Notes: generated from the sequence alone by a model not told the origin. A DNA stretch of 64,000 nt from an uncultured virus (IMG/VR IMGVR_UViG_3300044627_003120) (IMGVR_UViG_3300044627_003120); one strand, 5' to 3'. Shown: positions 46,007 through 58,200, numbered from the stretch's first letter. Numbers and translations are program-made.

Positions 46007-47155
46007 ATGTCGGAACAAAATATAGAAAAGAACCAGCCTGGAACATCAGGTAACCTTGGTGGAACAGCACCAGGATTGTATCAGGGACAAGGTGCATTCG
46101 CATCTGGCTCAGAGAATGGTTCAAACGTACCAGGTAATTACACCGATGGTGGCGTGTTAGGAAATATCCCAACAGCACTATCAGGCGTTACATCTGGACC
46201 AAATGCAGTTAACCCTTCAGGTGAGGCTGGATCAGGTATCCTACGCCCAGAGCAAGCACGTCGTTTTATTGACTACGTGTGGGATGCAACCATTCTCGCC
46301 CAAGATGGCCGTCGCGTTACAATGAGAGCCAATACAATGGAACTCGAAAAGGTAAACGTCGGAGAGCGTGTAATTCGTGCAGCAGCGCAAGCAGTTGGCG
46401 ACTACACAAACGCAGGTGCAACATTCTCAAAGGTTGAATTGACTACAAAGAAGATTCGTCTTGACTGGGAAGTATCTGCAGAAGCACTAGAAGATAACAT
46501 CGAAGGTGCAGCACTAGAAGATCACATTGTCCGCTTGATGACAAACGCTTTCGGTAACGATATCGAAGACCTTGCAATCAACGGAACAGGTACAGGATCA
46601 GACGCATTCCTTTCAATCATGGAAGGTTTCGTTCCTCGTGTCAAGACAGATGGAGACGCACATGAGTCAGTTGTAACAGTCACTAATGATGCCTGGACAA
46701 CAGAAGTAATGCAGAACATCATTCTTGCAATGCCACGTAAGTATCGTGCTATCAAGTCTAACTTGAAGTTCTATGCTGGTACAGATGCATTCCAGGGAAT
46801 CATTAAGAACAATGGTACTTTGGCAGACGCAATTGCAGAAGCATTTGCTGGTACTCCAGCAGGTACACCTGCAAACCGTCAGGCATACCTTGATGGTACA
46901 GCACAGACATTCGGCGGAGCACGTACAACACGTGTTCTCGGAATTGACGTACAGGAAGTTCCTTACTACCCTGCAGGATATGTCGACTTGACATTCCCAC
47001 AGAACCGTGTATGGGGATTCCAGCGTGACATCACTGTAAACCGTGAATACAAGCCAAAGAAGGATACTGTAGAATACACAGTCTTCGTTCGCTTCGGTAT
47101 TCAGTGGGAAGAGCAGGATGCAATCGCATTCGCTGACGCTGCATCAGATGCATAA
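46007..47155 (+). CDS. Major capsid protein (HK97 fold)
   Basis: GILRPEQARRFI, EALEDNIE, DLAINGTG; position after protease. Confidence 0.9.
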   Translation: MSEQNIEKNQPGTSGNLGGTAPGLYQGQGAFASGSENGSNVPGNYTDGGVLGNIPTALSGVTSGPNAVNPSGEAGSGILRPEQARRFIDYVWDATILAQDGRRVTMRANTMELEKVNVGERVIRAAAQAVGDYTNAGATFSKVELTTKKIRLDWEVSAEALEDNIEGAALEDHIVRLMTNAFGNDIEDLAINGTGTGSDAFLSIMEGFVPRVKTDGDAHESVVTVTNDAWTTEVMQNIILAMPRKYRAIKSNLKFYAGTDAFQGIIKNNGTLADAIAEAFAGTPAGTPANRQAYLDGTAQTFGGARTTRVLGIDVQEVPYYPAGYVDLTFPQNRVWGFQRDITVNREYKPKKDTVEYTVFVRFGIQWEEQDAIAFADAASDA

Positions 47156-47174
47156 TCTGTAAACAGTAAAAATT

Positions 47175-47211
47175 AAGGGGAGTAGGAGTTAACGCTCCTG
47201 CTCCCTTTATT
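47175..47211 (+). terminator. Intrinsic terminator after capsid gene
   Basis: gggagtaggag-loop-ctcctgctccc-tttatt. Confidence 0.7.
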
Positions 47212-47245
47212 ACTTATAATGATATAATACTAACAAGGAGGAATT

Positions 47246-47707
47246 ATGGAAAACAATAATGAAAATCCAATTGTAGAAGAAGCAGTAGTTGAGGCACCAG
47301 TATTTGAAGCACCAGTTTTTGAAGCACCAGTTGCAGAAGAGCCTGTTGTAGAGGCACCTGTTGTTGAGCATGTTGTAGAAACTCCAGTTGTAGAAGAAGT
47401 TCAAGCAGTTGTAGAAGCACCTGCTTACCAGGCACCTGAAGAAGTTCAGGCACTTGGATCAGTAGCAGAGGGAGTCATTGGAGCAACAACAGCACCAAAG
47501 GCACCTGAAAGAAAAAAGAAGGAAAAGGCTGCAGAAGTTAAAGAAAAGGTAGCACTTTATTCAACAAAGAATGTAACATGGTCAGAGGTAGGCAAGGTTT
47601 ACCGTGGCTATAACATTGTTGAAAAGGAGGCTGCTGAAAAGTGGCTTACTCGTTCTCACATCCGCACAGCCACCCCAGAAGAAGTTGCCAAGGAATTTGG
47701 TAAGTAA
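47246..47707 (+). CDS. Acidic E/A/P/V-rich protein
   Basis: EAPV repeats, AAGGAGG RBS. Confidence 0.7.
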   Translation: MENNNENPIVEEAVVEAPVFEAPVFEAPVAEEPVVEAPVVEHVVETPVVEEVQAVVEAPAYQAPEEVQALGSVAEGVIGATTAPKAPERKKKEKAAEVKEKVALYSTKNVTWSEVGKVYRGYNIVEKEAAEKWLTRSHIRTATPEEVAKEFGK

Positions 47708-47710
47708 AAT

Positions 47711-48631
47711 ATGGAAATATTGAGAGTTCCGCCATATGATGACATCATAGTAAACTTTGTTGTTCCTTCAGGATACAGCGATGCAGATATCTATGCAAGA
47801 GTAACAGATATGGCGGATCTTTCAGTACAAGTTTTAGAATTTTTAGAATGGTCAACAGGAGACAACATCAACATCTCACTTCCTGGAAGATACGACAATA
47901 ATTACAGAGTAGAGATTTTTACAATTGGCGAGGGTGAAGAATTAATTCACGAAGAGTACTACGAACTAGTCAGACCATATGTAGATCCAAACACATTAGG
48001 AACAACAGCATCAGAGATTGCTGAATACAAAATTTTAGAATTAGTAGCAAGATCAATGATAGACACCTTTTGCCCAGAAGGATTTTATAACAAAAAGATA
48101 ACAGTAGTTGGAACTGGTAACGGCTCAGACTACTTTTCTTTATGGGAAAAAGTTTATAGAGTATTTAAGGTTTATGAAAACAATGTCTTAGTTTACGATA
48201 GATCAAACCCAGAATTGGGCGACTATCAATATACAATAACACCAGATAAGACTGCTATACAAAGAGTTAGTGCAGATGTTCTTGAGTTAAATAGATACGA
48301 ATCAACAGCGCAAAACCTACCAGTTGCAAGCGGAGATCTTGGCTACTACGGATATGAAGGAATATCTTTTCCATCAGGATATGACTACACATTTGTTGTA
48401 GACCACGGGTATCTAAACGTTCCTGAAGATGTTGAGTATGCAGCCAAGTTGCTGATAGAAGATCTTAAGTGTGGCAAGTTAGATTATTACAAGAGATATG
48501 TAACATCATATAATACAGATCAGTTTAAAATTCAGTTTGATAAGGCAATGCTTGGCGGTACTGGTAACTTCTTAGTAGATAAGATTCTTGACAAATATGT
48601 TAAGACCATTGTCAAGCCAGGGATAATTTAA
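47711..48631 (+). CDS. Head-to-tail adaptor
   Basis: GY..VPEDVEYAA, VDKILDKY; position. Confidence 0.7.
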   Translation: MEILRVPPYDDIIVNFVVPSGYSDADIYARVTDMADLSVQVLEFLEWSTGDNINISLPGRYDNNYRVEIFTIGEGEELIHEEYYELVRPYVDPNTLGTTASEIAEYKILELVARSMIDTFCPEGFYNKKITVVGTGNGSDYFSLWEKVYRVFKVYENNVLVYDRSNPELGDYQYTITPDKTAIQRVSADVLELNRYESTAQNLPVASGDLGYYGYEGISFPSGYDYTFVVDHGYLNVPEDVEYAAKLLIEDLKCGKLDYYKRYVTSYNTDQFKIQFDKAMLGGTGNFLVDKILDKYVKTIVKPGII

Positions 48632-49077
48632 TGATATGCGAAGAGCCAGATTTTATATTCCCATTGCAAGCAGATATATATTATCCAATTGTTGAGCAGG
48701 GAACTTATGGCAATGTTAAGAAAACTTGGATTATAGATAAGACTATAGCAGCAAACTTTAATGCTGTAGGAACTGCAGGCAATGAAGAAGTAAGGCCAAA
48801 TGTAAATATCACACAAAGATCAAGTCTAATTGGAAGAGTAAAGACAGACTTAAGAATTTCAAGTTTAGATGCCCCACACTCAATAACAAATATTATATTA
48901 ACAAACATTCGTGACAAGAACTGTAATTATATATACACAGAGACATCAGGCCCACGTGCAGGAAAGTCAACCATCTTTGAAGTGGCAACTCAAGAACCGT
49001 ATGTTGGTCCTTTTGGCGGTATTGAGTATTACAATTTAGTAATCCGTAGATCTGAAAATCAGGCGGTAGATGTCTAA
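48631..49077 (+). CDS. Head closure/stopper protein
   Basis: Position and size; beta-rich. Confidence 0.55.
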   Translation: MICEEPDFIFPLQADIYYPIVEQGTYGNVKKTWIIDKTIAANFNAVGTAGNEEVRPNVNITQRSSLIGRVKTDLRISSLDAPHSITNIILTNIRDKNCNYIYTETSGPRAGKSTIFEVATQEPYVGPFGGIEYYNLVIRRSENQAVDV

Positions 49078-49751
49078 TGCTGAGTTTAACTATAGATAGC
49101 AGACAGTTTCAAAAAGAAATAAACAACATAATGCAATACTCTACTGGATTTTTAGATGGAGTACAAAAAGGAAAGTCTGCATTCTACATGGATCTGGCAC
49201 CAAAAATAGCAGAACTAGCATCACAGTTTGTTGATGTAAACTCAAGAATGTCTCCAGAACTACTTCACCATATTTATGAATGGCATAAGGTTGGAAGCCC
49301 AGAGGCAAGATTATTTGATATTGATTACAAAATAACCAAGATAGGAATAACTTTTACTTCATCTTTAAAACAATCACAGTCAATTAAAAATGGATCAAAT
49401 GTACCTTTTTATAATAAAGCAAAGATTATGGAAGAAGGGATTGCAGTTACGATTAGACCTAAAAAAGCAAACGCTTTAAGGTTTGAGGTTGACGGACAAG
49501 AAATTTTTACTTCATCAGAAGTAACTGTAGATAACCCTGGTGGACAAACAAAAGGTCAGTTTGAGAATGTTCTTAATAACTTCTTTGGTGTATATTTTAG
49601 ACAATCATTTTTAAACTCAAGCGGTTTGCTACAATACTTTAAGACTCCAAATACCTATAAGAAAAACCTTGGCTCAGCAAAAAGAGGCGGTAGATCTTTA
49701 GGTCTAAAAACTGGATACCAGTGGGTTGCTAATGCAGGGAGGATGGGATAA
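49077..49751 (+). CDS. Neck/tail completion protein
   Basis: Position; IRPKKANALRF...V.NPG. Confidence 0.5.
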   Translation: MLSLTIDSRQFQKEINNIMQYSTGFLDGVQKGKSAFYMDLAPKIAELASQFVDVNSRMSPELLHHIYEWHKVGSPEARLFDIDYKITKIGITFTSSLKQSQSIKNGSNVPFYNKAKIMEEGIAVTIRPKKANALRFEVDGQEIFTSSEVTVDNPGGQTKGQFENVLNNFFGVYFRQSFLNSSGLLQYFKTPNTYKKNLGSAKRGGRSLGLKTGYQWVANAGRMG

Positions 49752-50386
49752 TGGCAGAATCAACATCAGTATTTAATACACCAGTACTATGGATAAATGA
49801 ATATCTAAAAGAAAAAATAGGACTCGATACAGGAATTGGAGTTCCATTTTTCCCATCACGACCAGCATCAATCGATGAGTTGACAGAGAGTTGGATTATA
49901 ATTACTCCAGAAAGTACGATTGAGCCACAAAGACTTGCCTATGCTGGAGTTATGGCTACATGGGATAGGCTTGTTCGTATGCGTAGATCGCCATTTCCAC
50001 ACATAAAACAAGAGCAACTTTTATATTATTTTTATGCAACAGAAAGTGATGTTACTGAAAAAATGGTTCAGGTTCAGGAGAAGGTTCTTCGCCTAATGGA
50101 TCGTGAAGACGAGACTGCAGAAGAAATTAACAAGTGGGCAAAGGCCAAAGGCCAGATAGATGGAATGGACTGTAAATTCTTTTTCCATAAGTTTAAGGTA
50201 TATCAATTAGAAGAAGTCAGAGATATAATAGATTTCGGAACAGCCAGGACATATGGCGGAAACAAAATAATTATAGACTTTGAGTATCACCAGGTATCAA
50301 ATAAGTATGAAGAGTCAGAAGGCTCAACTGCAGATAGACCAAGATATAATAAGGATACTATTACTGACGCAGGAATCCTTCCTTAA
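49751..50386 (+). CDS. Tail terminator (putative)
   Basis: Directly before the major tail gene. Confidence 0.5.
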   Translation: MAESTSVFNTPVLWINEYLKEKIGLDTGIGVPFFPSRPASIDELTESWIIITPESTIEPQRLAYAGVMATWDRLVRMRRSPFPHIKQEQLLYYFYATESDVTEKMVQVQEKVLRLMDREDETAEEINKWAKAKGQIDGMDCKFFFHKFKVYQLEEVRDIIDFGTARTYGGNKIIIDFEYHQVSNKYEESEGSTADRPRYNKDTITDAGILP

Positions 50387-50454
50387 AAGGGTGTTATAAT
50401 TAACTTGAGGAAACAAGCCCTTTTAATCCAAAAGAAAAAAAAGAGGTGAAAAAT

Positions 50455-51078
50455 ATGGCATATACACGTGGTAGCAGCAACAATATTATTGTTGGAGCAG
50501 CAGCCCTCTTCACACATGAAGACGGCGTACTCACAGACGCAGGACTTCCAGCATATGTAGCAGGAACATCATACAGAGAGACTCTCTCAAATGATACAGA
50601 CTTCCGCAATGTTGGTTACACAATGAATGGTTTGGAAATTCAATTCCAGCCAGATTTCGGTGAAGTAGCAGTAGACCAGGTACTTGACGTTGCTAAGTTG
50701 TTCAAGCAAGGCATGCAGGTAAACCTAAATACTACATTCGCAGAATCAACACTAGAGAACCTATTGTTTGCACTAGCAGGCAAGGATGGAGATCTATCAA
50801 CAGTATCAGGAAACCCAACACTTAATCTTTCAGCAGGAGACATCGGCGAATGCCCAGTCGAACGTGGTTTGGTTGCAGTTGGTCCAGGAACTGGAGATTG
50901 TGCAATTGGAGACGAACTCGAAAGAGTTTACGTAGCATACCGTGCACTCTCAATCGAGAGCGTAACAGTATCTGCAAAGAGAGATGAAGCGACAATGTTC
51001 GAAGTATCATTCCGTCTTCTTCCAAATGATGATGCGTCATACGGTAAGATCGTAGACCGCACTATCCCAGCAGCATAA
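50455..51078 (+). CDS. Major tail tube protein
   Basis: NIIVGAA, VGYT.NG, VDQ, E.TLENL; GAGGTG RBS; terminator follows. Confidence 0.8.
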   Translation: MAYTRGSSNNIIVGAAALFTHEDGVLTDAGLPAYVAGTSYRETLSNDTDFRNVGYTMNGLEIQFQPDFGEVAVDQVLDVAKLFKQGMQVNLNTTFAESTLENLLFALAGKDGDLSTVSGNPTLNLSAGDIGECPVERGLVAVGPGTGDCAIGDELERVYVAYRALSIESVTVSAKRDEATMFEVSFRLLPNDDASYGKIVDRTIPAA

Positions 51079-51093
51079 TACAACTTAATATAC

Positions 51094-51130
51094 GAGAGGC
51101 TCAATCCTTCGGGGTTGGGCCTTTCTGTTT
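51094..51130 (+). terminator. Intrinsic terminator with UUCG loop
   Basis: gagaggctcaatcc-ttcg-gggttgggcctttc-tgttt. Confidence 0.75.
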
Positions 51131-51144
51131 GGTATACTTATATA

Positions 51145-51849
51145 ATGCCTACAGAAATATACAAAACCTCAACCATTGAACTTTTTGATGGAACAGAACT
51201 ATATATTACTCCATTAAAGATAAAATACTTAAAGTTATTTTTAGAAGAATTTGAGAATGTAAAAAAATCAAATGGAGATGACGAGGCAATTCATTATTTG
51301 TCTAAGTGTGCAACAATTACAATGAGGCAGTATTATCCAAGCATAAAGACACAAGAAGAATTAGAAGATAATATCGATATGCCAACAATTTATAAACTAT
51401 TAGATTTTTCGGCAGGTATAAAGATAAATGAAAAGTCTGAAGAACCAGTAAAGACTCAAGCAACAGAAAGTGGGTCAACCTGGGATGAGTTAGATTTAGC
51501 AGAGTTGGAATCTGAGGTTTTTTTGCTCGGAATATGGAAAGACTATGACGAGTTAGAATCATCTATGTCCATGCCAGAGATTGTAGCAACACTAAAAGCA
51601 AAAAGAGATCTTGACTATTCTCAAAAGAAATTTCTTGCTGCCATGCAAGGTGTTGATTTAGACAAAGCCAGTGGCAAAGGAAACGCATGGGAAGAAATGA
51701 AGGCAAGGGTATTCAGTGGTGGCCAGGCAGCAGACTCTAAAGATATTGTTGCACTTCAAGGAATTAATGCACAAAAAGCAGGTTTTGGAATTGGTATGGG
51801 CTTAACCTATGAAAAATTAGACGAATCTACACCGTCCAACGTGGTATAA
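51145..51849 (+). CDS. Tail assembly chaperone, long (GT-like) form
   Basis: N-half paralogous to 51879-52205; C-half WKDYDELESSMSMPE. Confidence 0.65.
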   Translation: MPTEIYKTSTIELFDGTELYITPLKIKYLKLFLEEFENVKKSNGDDEAIHYLSKCATITMRQYYPSIKTQEELEDNIDMPTIYKLLDFSAGIKINEKSEEPVKTQATESGSTWDELDLAELESEVFLLGIWKDYDELESSMSMPEIVATLKAKRDLDYSQKKFLAAMQGVDLDKASGKGNAWEEMKARVFSGGQAADSKDIVALQGINAQKAGFGIGMGLTYEKLDESTPSNVV

Positions 51850-51878
51850 TTAATTGTTAACCTACAAGGAGGAAAACT

Positions 51879-52205
51879 ATGGCTGACAAGCCTTTAAAAA
51901 ATAGAAGCGTCAAACTAATAGACGGAACAGAAATTGAAGTAAGACCACTTAAGTTATCTTTACTTAGACCATTTATGGCTAAGTTTGCATTGCTTTCAGG
52001 AGTTTCCGAAGACAACGATAAGTCTATGGATATCCTTATTGAATGTGCACAAATTGCAATGAAACAATTCAAGCCAGAATTGGCAGAAGATAAGGCAGCA
52101 CTAGAAGAACTTCTAGATCTTCCTACAGTTTACGAAATTATTGATGCAGCATCAGGTGTTCAGAACAACGACACAAGCGCAGTACTAACTTCGTTGACAA
52201 AATAA
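51879..52205 (+). CDS. Tail assembly chaperone, short (G-like) form
   Basis: L.DGTE...PLK...D.PT.Y; AAGGAGG RBS; before tape measure gene. Confidence 0.7.
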   Translation: MADKPLKNRSVKLIDGTEIEVRPLKLSLLRPFMAKFALLSGVSEDNDKSMDILIECAQIAMKQFKPELAEDKAALEELLDLPTVYEIIDAASGVQNNDTSAVLTSLTK

Positions 52206-52227
52206 AATAAAAAGAGGTGTTTGAGAA

Positions 52228-55200
52228 TTGGCAGATGTAAACTCTAATATAAATATTAATTTTAATACAACTGCCGCTCTCGCACAACTTCGTCAACTAC
52301 AGGCAGGCCTCAGTAAGTTTCATCAATCACTTGCTGAGGGCAACCTGGCTGCTGCAAATGCTCAAAAAGGTTTAAACGCACAACTTATTCAGTCTGTTGG
52401 AGCCACAGGACATTTTTCTGCAAGTCAAGTTAAAGTTGCAGGCAGCACACTTGCTTTTACATCCGCATTAGAAAAAAATAAACTATCTCTTCGTGAGTAC
52501 TACAGATACACAATGGCAGCAGCAACTGCCAATACTCGTGTTCTTGGCAGGGCTTTTGCAGCAGAAAGAGAAATTATTAACCGTGCTCGAAGAGATAGAG
52601 TAAAGGCCCTACAAGCACAATACATCCAGATGAACAAGTCCAATGCTGGATTTATGGATGCAATTCGAGTTATGCCAAAAAGCCTGCAGATGGCTAATGG
52701 AAAGTTTACAGAACTTGGAACAAGAATACAATACGCTGCACAAAGACAGCAGTTTCTTAATCAATTATTAAAGCAAGGCTCAACCCAACTTCTAAACTTC
52801 GGTAAGAATACTCAATGGGCAGGTCGCCAGTTAATGGTTGGTCTTACAATGCCACTTGCTTTGTTCGGCGCTGCAGCAGCGAAAGCGTTCAGAGAACTAG
52901 ATGCAGAGGTTATAAAGTTTCGTCGTGTCTATGGAGATGCTTTTACAAATGACGCAGAAGTTGAAGCAGCAGTCCAAAATATAAAAAAATTAGGAAGCGA
53001 ATATGTAAAGTATGGAGTCTCTGTTACAAAAACTATGGAGATGGCTGCAACTGCAGCAGCAGCAGGTTTTCAAGGGGATGCCTTATCTGCACAAGTTCAA
53101 ACAGCAACAAAGTTAGCAGTTCTTGGTCAGATAGAACAGCAGCAGGCACTTGAAACAACAATATCTTTGCAAAGCGCATTTGGAATCTCTAGCGATGAAC
53201 TTGCAAAGAAGATTGATTTCCTTAACGCAGTAGAAAACCAGACACTACTATCTATTGAAGACTTGACGATTGCAATTCCTAAAGCAGCACCAGTTGTAAA
53301 GCAACTTGGTGGAAATGTAGAAGATTTGGCCTTCTTCTTAACTGCTATGAAAGAAGGTGGAATTAATGCCTCAGAAGGTGCTAACGCATTAAAGTCTGGT
53401 CTTGCTTCATTAATTAATCCATCTGAAAAATCAGCAAAGTTTCTTGGTAAATTAGGCATCAACATAAAGGGACTTGTTGAGGCAAACAAGGGAGACATCA
53501 AGGGAACCGTAGTTGGATTTGCTAGAGCGTTAGACGAACTTGATCCACTAAATCGTGCAAGAGCAATTGAACAGTTGTTTGGTAAGTTTCAGTTTGCACG
53601 TTTGTCAACACTGTTTCAGAATGTAACAAAAGACGGATCTCAAGCATCAAGAGCATTTAAGTTAGCAGGTGCATCAGTAGAAGAATTAGCAATTCTATCC
53701 GAAAGAGAAATGAAGAAGATAGAAGATTCAACTGGTGTTAAGTTTCAAGCAGCATTAGAAAACATTAAAAAAGAAATAATGCCATTAGGAAAAGCATTCC
53801 TAGAGGCCTTGACTCCAGTAGTTAAGTTTTTCTCAGGGCTACTTGAAAAGTTTAATGGTCTTGGAGATAATACAAAAAAGGTTATTGCAATAATTGTTGC
53901 AGCAGTTGCAGGGCTTGGACCAATCCTGCTTATGACATTTGGTCTTCTTATGAATGGTGTTGCAAATGTTATTAAATTGTTTGCACTGCTTCGTGGAGGA
54001 ATTGCCAAGTTAAACGGACAAACAAGTGTTATGGGTGCAGGATTCAACTATATGACACAAGAGCAGATTGAAAATGCTGCATCGTCTCAACAACTTCACC
54101 AGACACACACAAGATTGATAGAAGTTTTCAATGTTGAAAAAGCATCTGTAAATGCTCTTGCCTCATCTTATAACTCACTAAGCACACAGATGAGAGCAAT
54201 GGCTACTGCCAACCCATCATTATTTGCAGGTGGAGCACCAGGTGCAGCCCGTGCAGTAAGAGGTTTGCCACCAGTTAAAAAGTACAAAGAAGGTATTTTA
54301 AGCGTTCCAGGTCCAAAGGGTGCAGGAGATGTTGTTCCAGCAATGCTTTCTCCAGGAGAAGCAGTTATTCCTACAGATACAACAAACAAATATAGAGGTC
54401 TTATAAGTGCAATGTTTAAAGACAAGGTTCCAGGATTTATGGCTGGAAGACTTCCTGGCGGACCAGGCAGAGGAATACCCCTATCTGATGGACCCGCAGC
54501 AGTTAGAAAAGCACAGCAAGCAAAGTATAGAAGACAAAACGATGCAAGACAAGGATGGAATGAACCTCATCCAGAAGCACCCAAGGGTCCAGTATTTGTT
54601 GGAATGCCAGTTAGTGCAGACAAGGCATCACAGTCTAGACAAATACTAGACAAGATATCAGAGCAGGCCAGTCTTGGAAGATTTGGCACCATGCCAGCGT
54701 CAAACTTTGGAACAAAACTTCAAGGCTTTAAGGGTTATAGTTTTCCTGAGCGTGGAATTGGCGGGGTATACAGAAAGCCTAACGGCAAGATCGTAGTAGT
54801 AAAGCCAACAATAGATGAGAAGACTGCATTAGCAGAAGTTCGCATGGCTGAGATAGAGGCTGCTAGAGGAATGGTAGTTCCAAAACAAACTATTAGAACA
54901 ATGATAGACCCAACAGATCCTACAGGACAAAGAAAATTTATTGTACTTGAGTCTCCTTACGATCCAAGATTTGCAAACATGGATGGAAAATTTAGAAAGA
55001 CTGACATGGTTAAGCAGTTAGTTGGATCATTACTGCGTGGAGACAAAGATTTACAAAAATCAAATGTATCTGGAAATAGGGTACCAGATGTAAGCAATGC
55101 TGGAGTATTTGATAGAGCATCTGGTTTTAGAGACTACGCTGAAAATATGCCAAGTTTTAGAGAGCAGGCAATGGTTAATCTCCTTGGTGTTAAGGGTGGA

Positions 55201-58200
55201 GCAAGAAAAGATTTTGCACTAGCAACAGCACCAATCGCAGCAAAGATGACCCCAAAGCAATATGACGATGAAATTAAGGGAGAGATTAATAGAAGCATTC
55301 CTATAGTGGAAAAAGTTATTAAGTCTTGGGATCGTGACTTACTTCCAGAGGAAAAAATTGTTTATAACAATATGCTTGAAAGACTTAAGGCTGGCGCAAA
55401 AGTAGAATGGGATGAATTCCAGCCAATCCATGCTCGTGCTGGACAGGATGTTATAAAAGCAAAAAAGGGTGTTAATTCAGACGCAACGCCTTCTGAAACT
55501 AAAAAACAACAATCGCTATATGAAATGGCTGCTCTGCGTGATAAATCAAAAACACAAATTGATAAACTTGTTAAACAATTAAATCAAGATATAGAAAATA
55601 CATTAAAAGAATTAAAAAATACAAACCCAGCACAATATAAAAAAGCAATGGCGCTATTAGAAAAATCTGGAGTTACTCCAAAAGCAGATGGCTCCATAAA
55701 CTTTAAAGAGTCTAAAGTTTATTCAGACTTTATAGAAAAAAATTTATTTTATAAAGATGGAGCATTTCACACGGCCAAGGCTATAGAAAAAGGCCAAAGC
55801 CCAACAACTTCTGCAAAAACTTATGATGCTATAAAAAATCAGATATTGTATAGAATGGGTGCTGCTCCAAAACCTGGTAAAGAAACATTTAGCAATAAAC
55901 CATTTACTCCAGGTAGACTGCACGAAGACCTAACATCAACAACTCAATCTGGTGGCTGGAGAGCAAATATTGATCCAAAGAGTGATTTGTACAAGGCCCT
56001 AGATGCCGCAGAGAAAGATCATAAAGCAAGAAATGTTCAAAATCCAAAGAATGTTGTTTTAAATAAATTAAGAACTCAAATGCTTGCAGATGGCTATACT
56101 GTAAAACAAATTGATGCCATGTTGAGAACAGAGTTGTCACATCTTTCAAAAACTGGAGAGGCTGGCTTGGGTCCAGAAAAATGGAAGAGTGGTTTTGCTA
56201 AGTTTGATTTGCGATTAATTAATAGTTATGTAAACCCAGGAGGCAAGCCAGGGAAGCCAATTGAAAATCCAAGACTAGCAAAGATTTTGAATTGGGATGC
56301 TAGAAATGGCAATGTGTTGTTTAATCCAACACAAACAGCAGAATTAAAAAAGGCTTTAGAGTTTATGAAAACAGGAGCACACCCTGTAACTGAAGCCCAA
56401 GCAAGACTAGTTCGTGCAGCAGCAGAAGCACAAGTTCGTGCAGATGAACATTTAGCAAAATACAAAAAGGAAAACAACGGCGCAAAGCCAAAGGGTTTCC
56501 CAGACCTTGGTTCTGTAAAACAGGCTAAGGCAGTTTCTCTGCTTCTTAGAGAAAGACTTGGCGGTGGATACTATCAAGGAACTCCTACTATATATCGCCT
56601 TGGACCAGGCTCAGTTCTAGCACAACCAGGAGAATACTTAGCAGATTTAGAAAACAGAACAGCAGATAAACTTTCTGTTGGCAATACTCAATCAAGACCA
56701 ATGGGCGCATCGCCATCAACAGGGAAAACAAGTGATAACTTAACTGTTGAAGAAACTCAAACAAAGAGAGTAGTTACTAAAGACCAAGCCCGTAAGGGTG
56801 GATTTACGATGCGTTCTAAGTCTACTGGAGATTCAAGTGTTAAATTAACTCCTTATCAAAGACAAGAACTTAAAAAGATTGCAACCAAATATCCAAACTT
56901 GAGCGAAACTCAATTAATGGATACGTTAAGAAGAAAACTAAAGGCTGACGAAAATATAATAAAGTCAAAAGAAAAGGAAGGTGCATCAGCAGCAAAGGCT
57001 GCACGACGTGCAGAACAACTTCCAAAGCAACAGGCTGCTCAACAGGCTAGATTAGACAGAATCGAAAGAGACAGACAAACAAGAATTATTCAGGCATCTA
57101 AAGATCAAGATAAAGCAAACAGGATGAATCGTGCAATTGACAGCAAGAAGCAAAGAATGCTTCGACAAGAAAAGGTTGGTAGATGGTCTGGTGGAGCATC
57201 TATGGCCCTTGGAACTGCTGGTATGGGTCTTATGATGGCTGGACAGCAAGGGGCGGGTATGGCTGCAATGGGTGCATCTGCAGTTGCTGGTATGGCACCA
57301 ATGCTTGCTGGTATGTCTAGTTTTGGATTAGCATTAACAGCACTTGTAACAGTTGGTGGTGGTCTATTCATATTAGACAAAATGGCAAAGAAGGCAGCAG
57401 AAAGCCAGTCAAAATTTGTTGATAAAGTCACGGCAACAACTGAGCAAATGTCTGCAGTCGGAGCAATAACAGACAAAGTTGGAGCCAGCGAGTTATATAA
57501 AAGAAAAAGACAGCAGGGTACTGGCAATAGATTTACTGCAGGATTTGAAAGAGGTAAAGAGCAATTTGGAGAAACATTCATATCCTCTGAGGTTGGCAAG
57601 ACAGTATATGAATCATTTAAGAAAAATTTAACTGCTGGAGGAATTGCATCTGCAAAGCAAATATCTTTACAGTTAGCAGCATATGTTTCTGATGGTGTTA
57701 TGTCAGCAGAACAGGCTCACAGCGTAGCAAGTCAAATAGGAATAGAATTAAATAACTCTACATTGACATCTCAGATTAGTGGAAACCTTTTAGAACTAAT
57801 TGGACCAGAAGGACAAGACCTTAAGACTGACCCACTAAATGTTAGAGTTAATCTAGTAAGAGAACAAGGAAAGATTAATGAAGATGTTGTAAAGGGTATG
57901 CAGGATGCTATTGGACAAGATTACCAATGGTGGAATCCAGCGAAATTTTTTGCTCCAGTATTTACAGAATCAGCAGGAGAAAAAGCAGCAGCAACTACTG
58001 CAGCACTAGGAGTTTCATCATTAGAATTAGCACAGGCACAGCAAGACTCTTTGTCTAAATACTACGATACACAAATTGAGGTATTAAGAAAACAAAAAGA
58101 GATTACATCTGATAAAGCAAAACAGAAAAAAATAGATGATGAGATTGCGGCTTTAGAAGGTAAGAAAAAGGATGGCTTAAGTTCTTTAAGAAATGAATCA

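Noticed and set aside
56100..56240. HNH-like nuclease motif in the tape measure protein (ELSHL...DLRLINSY)
   Set aside because: Too few matching residues to call without a profile search
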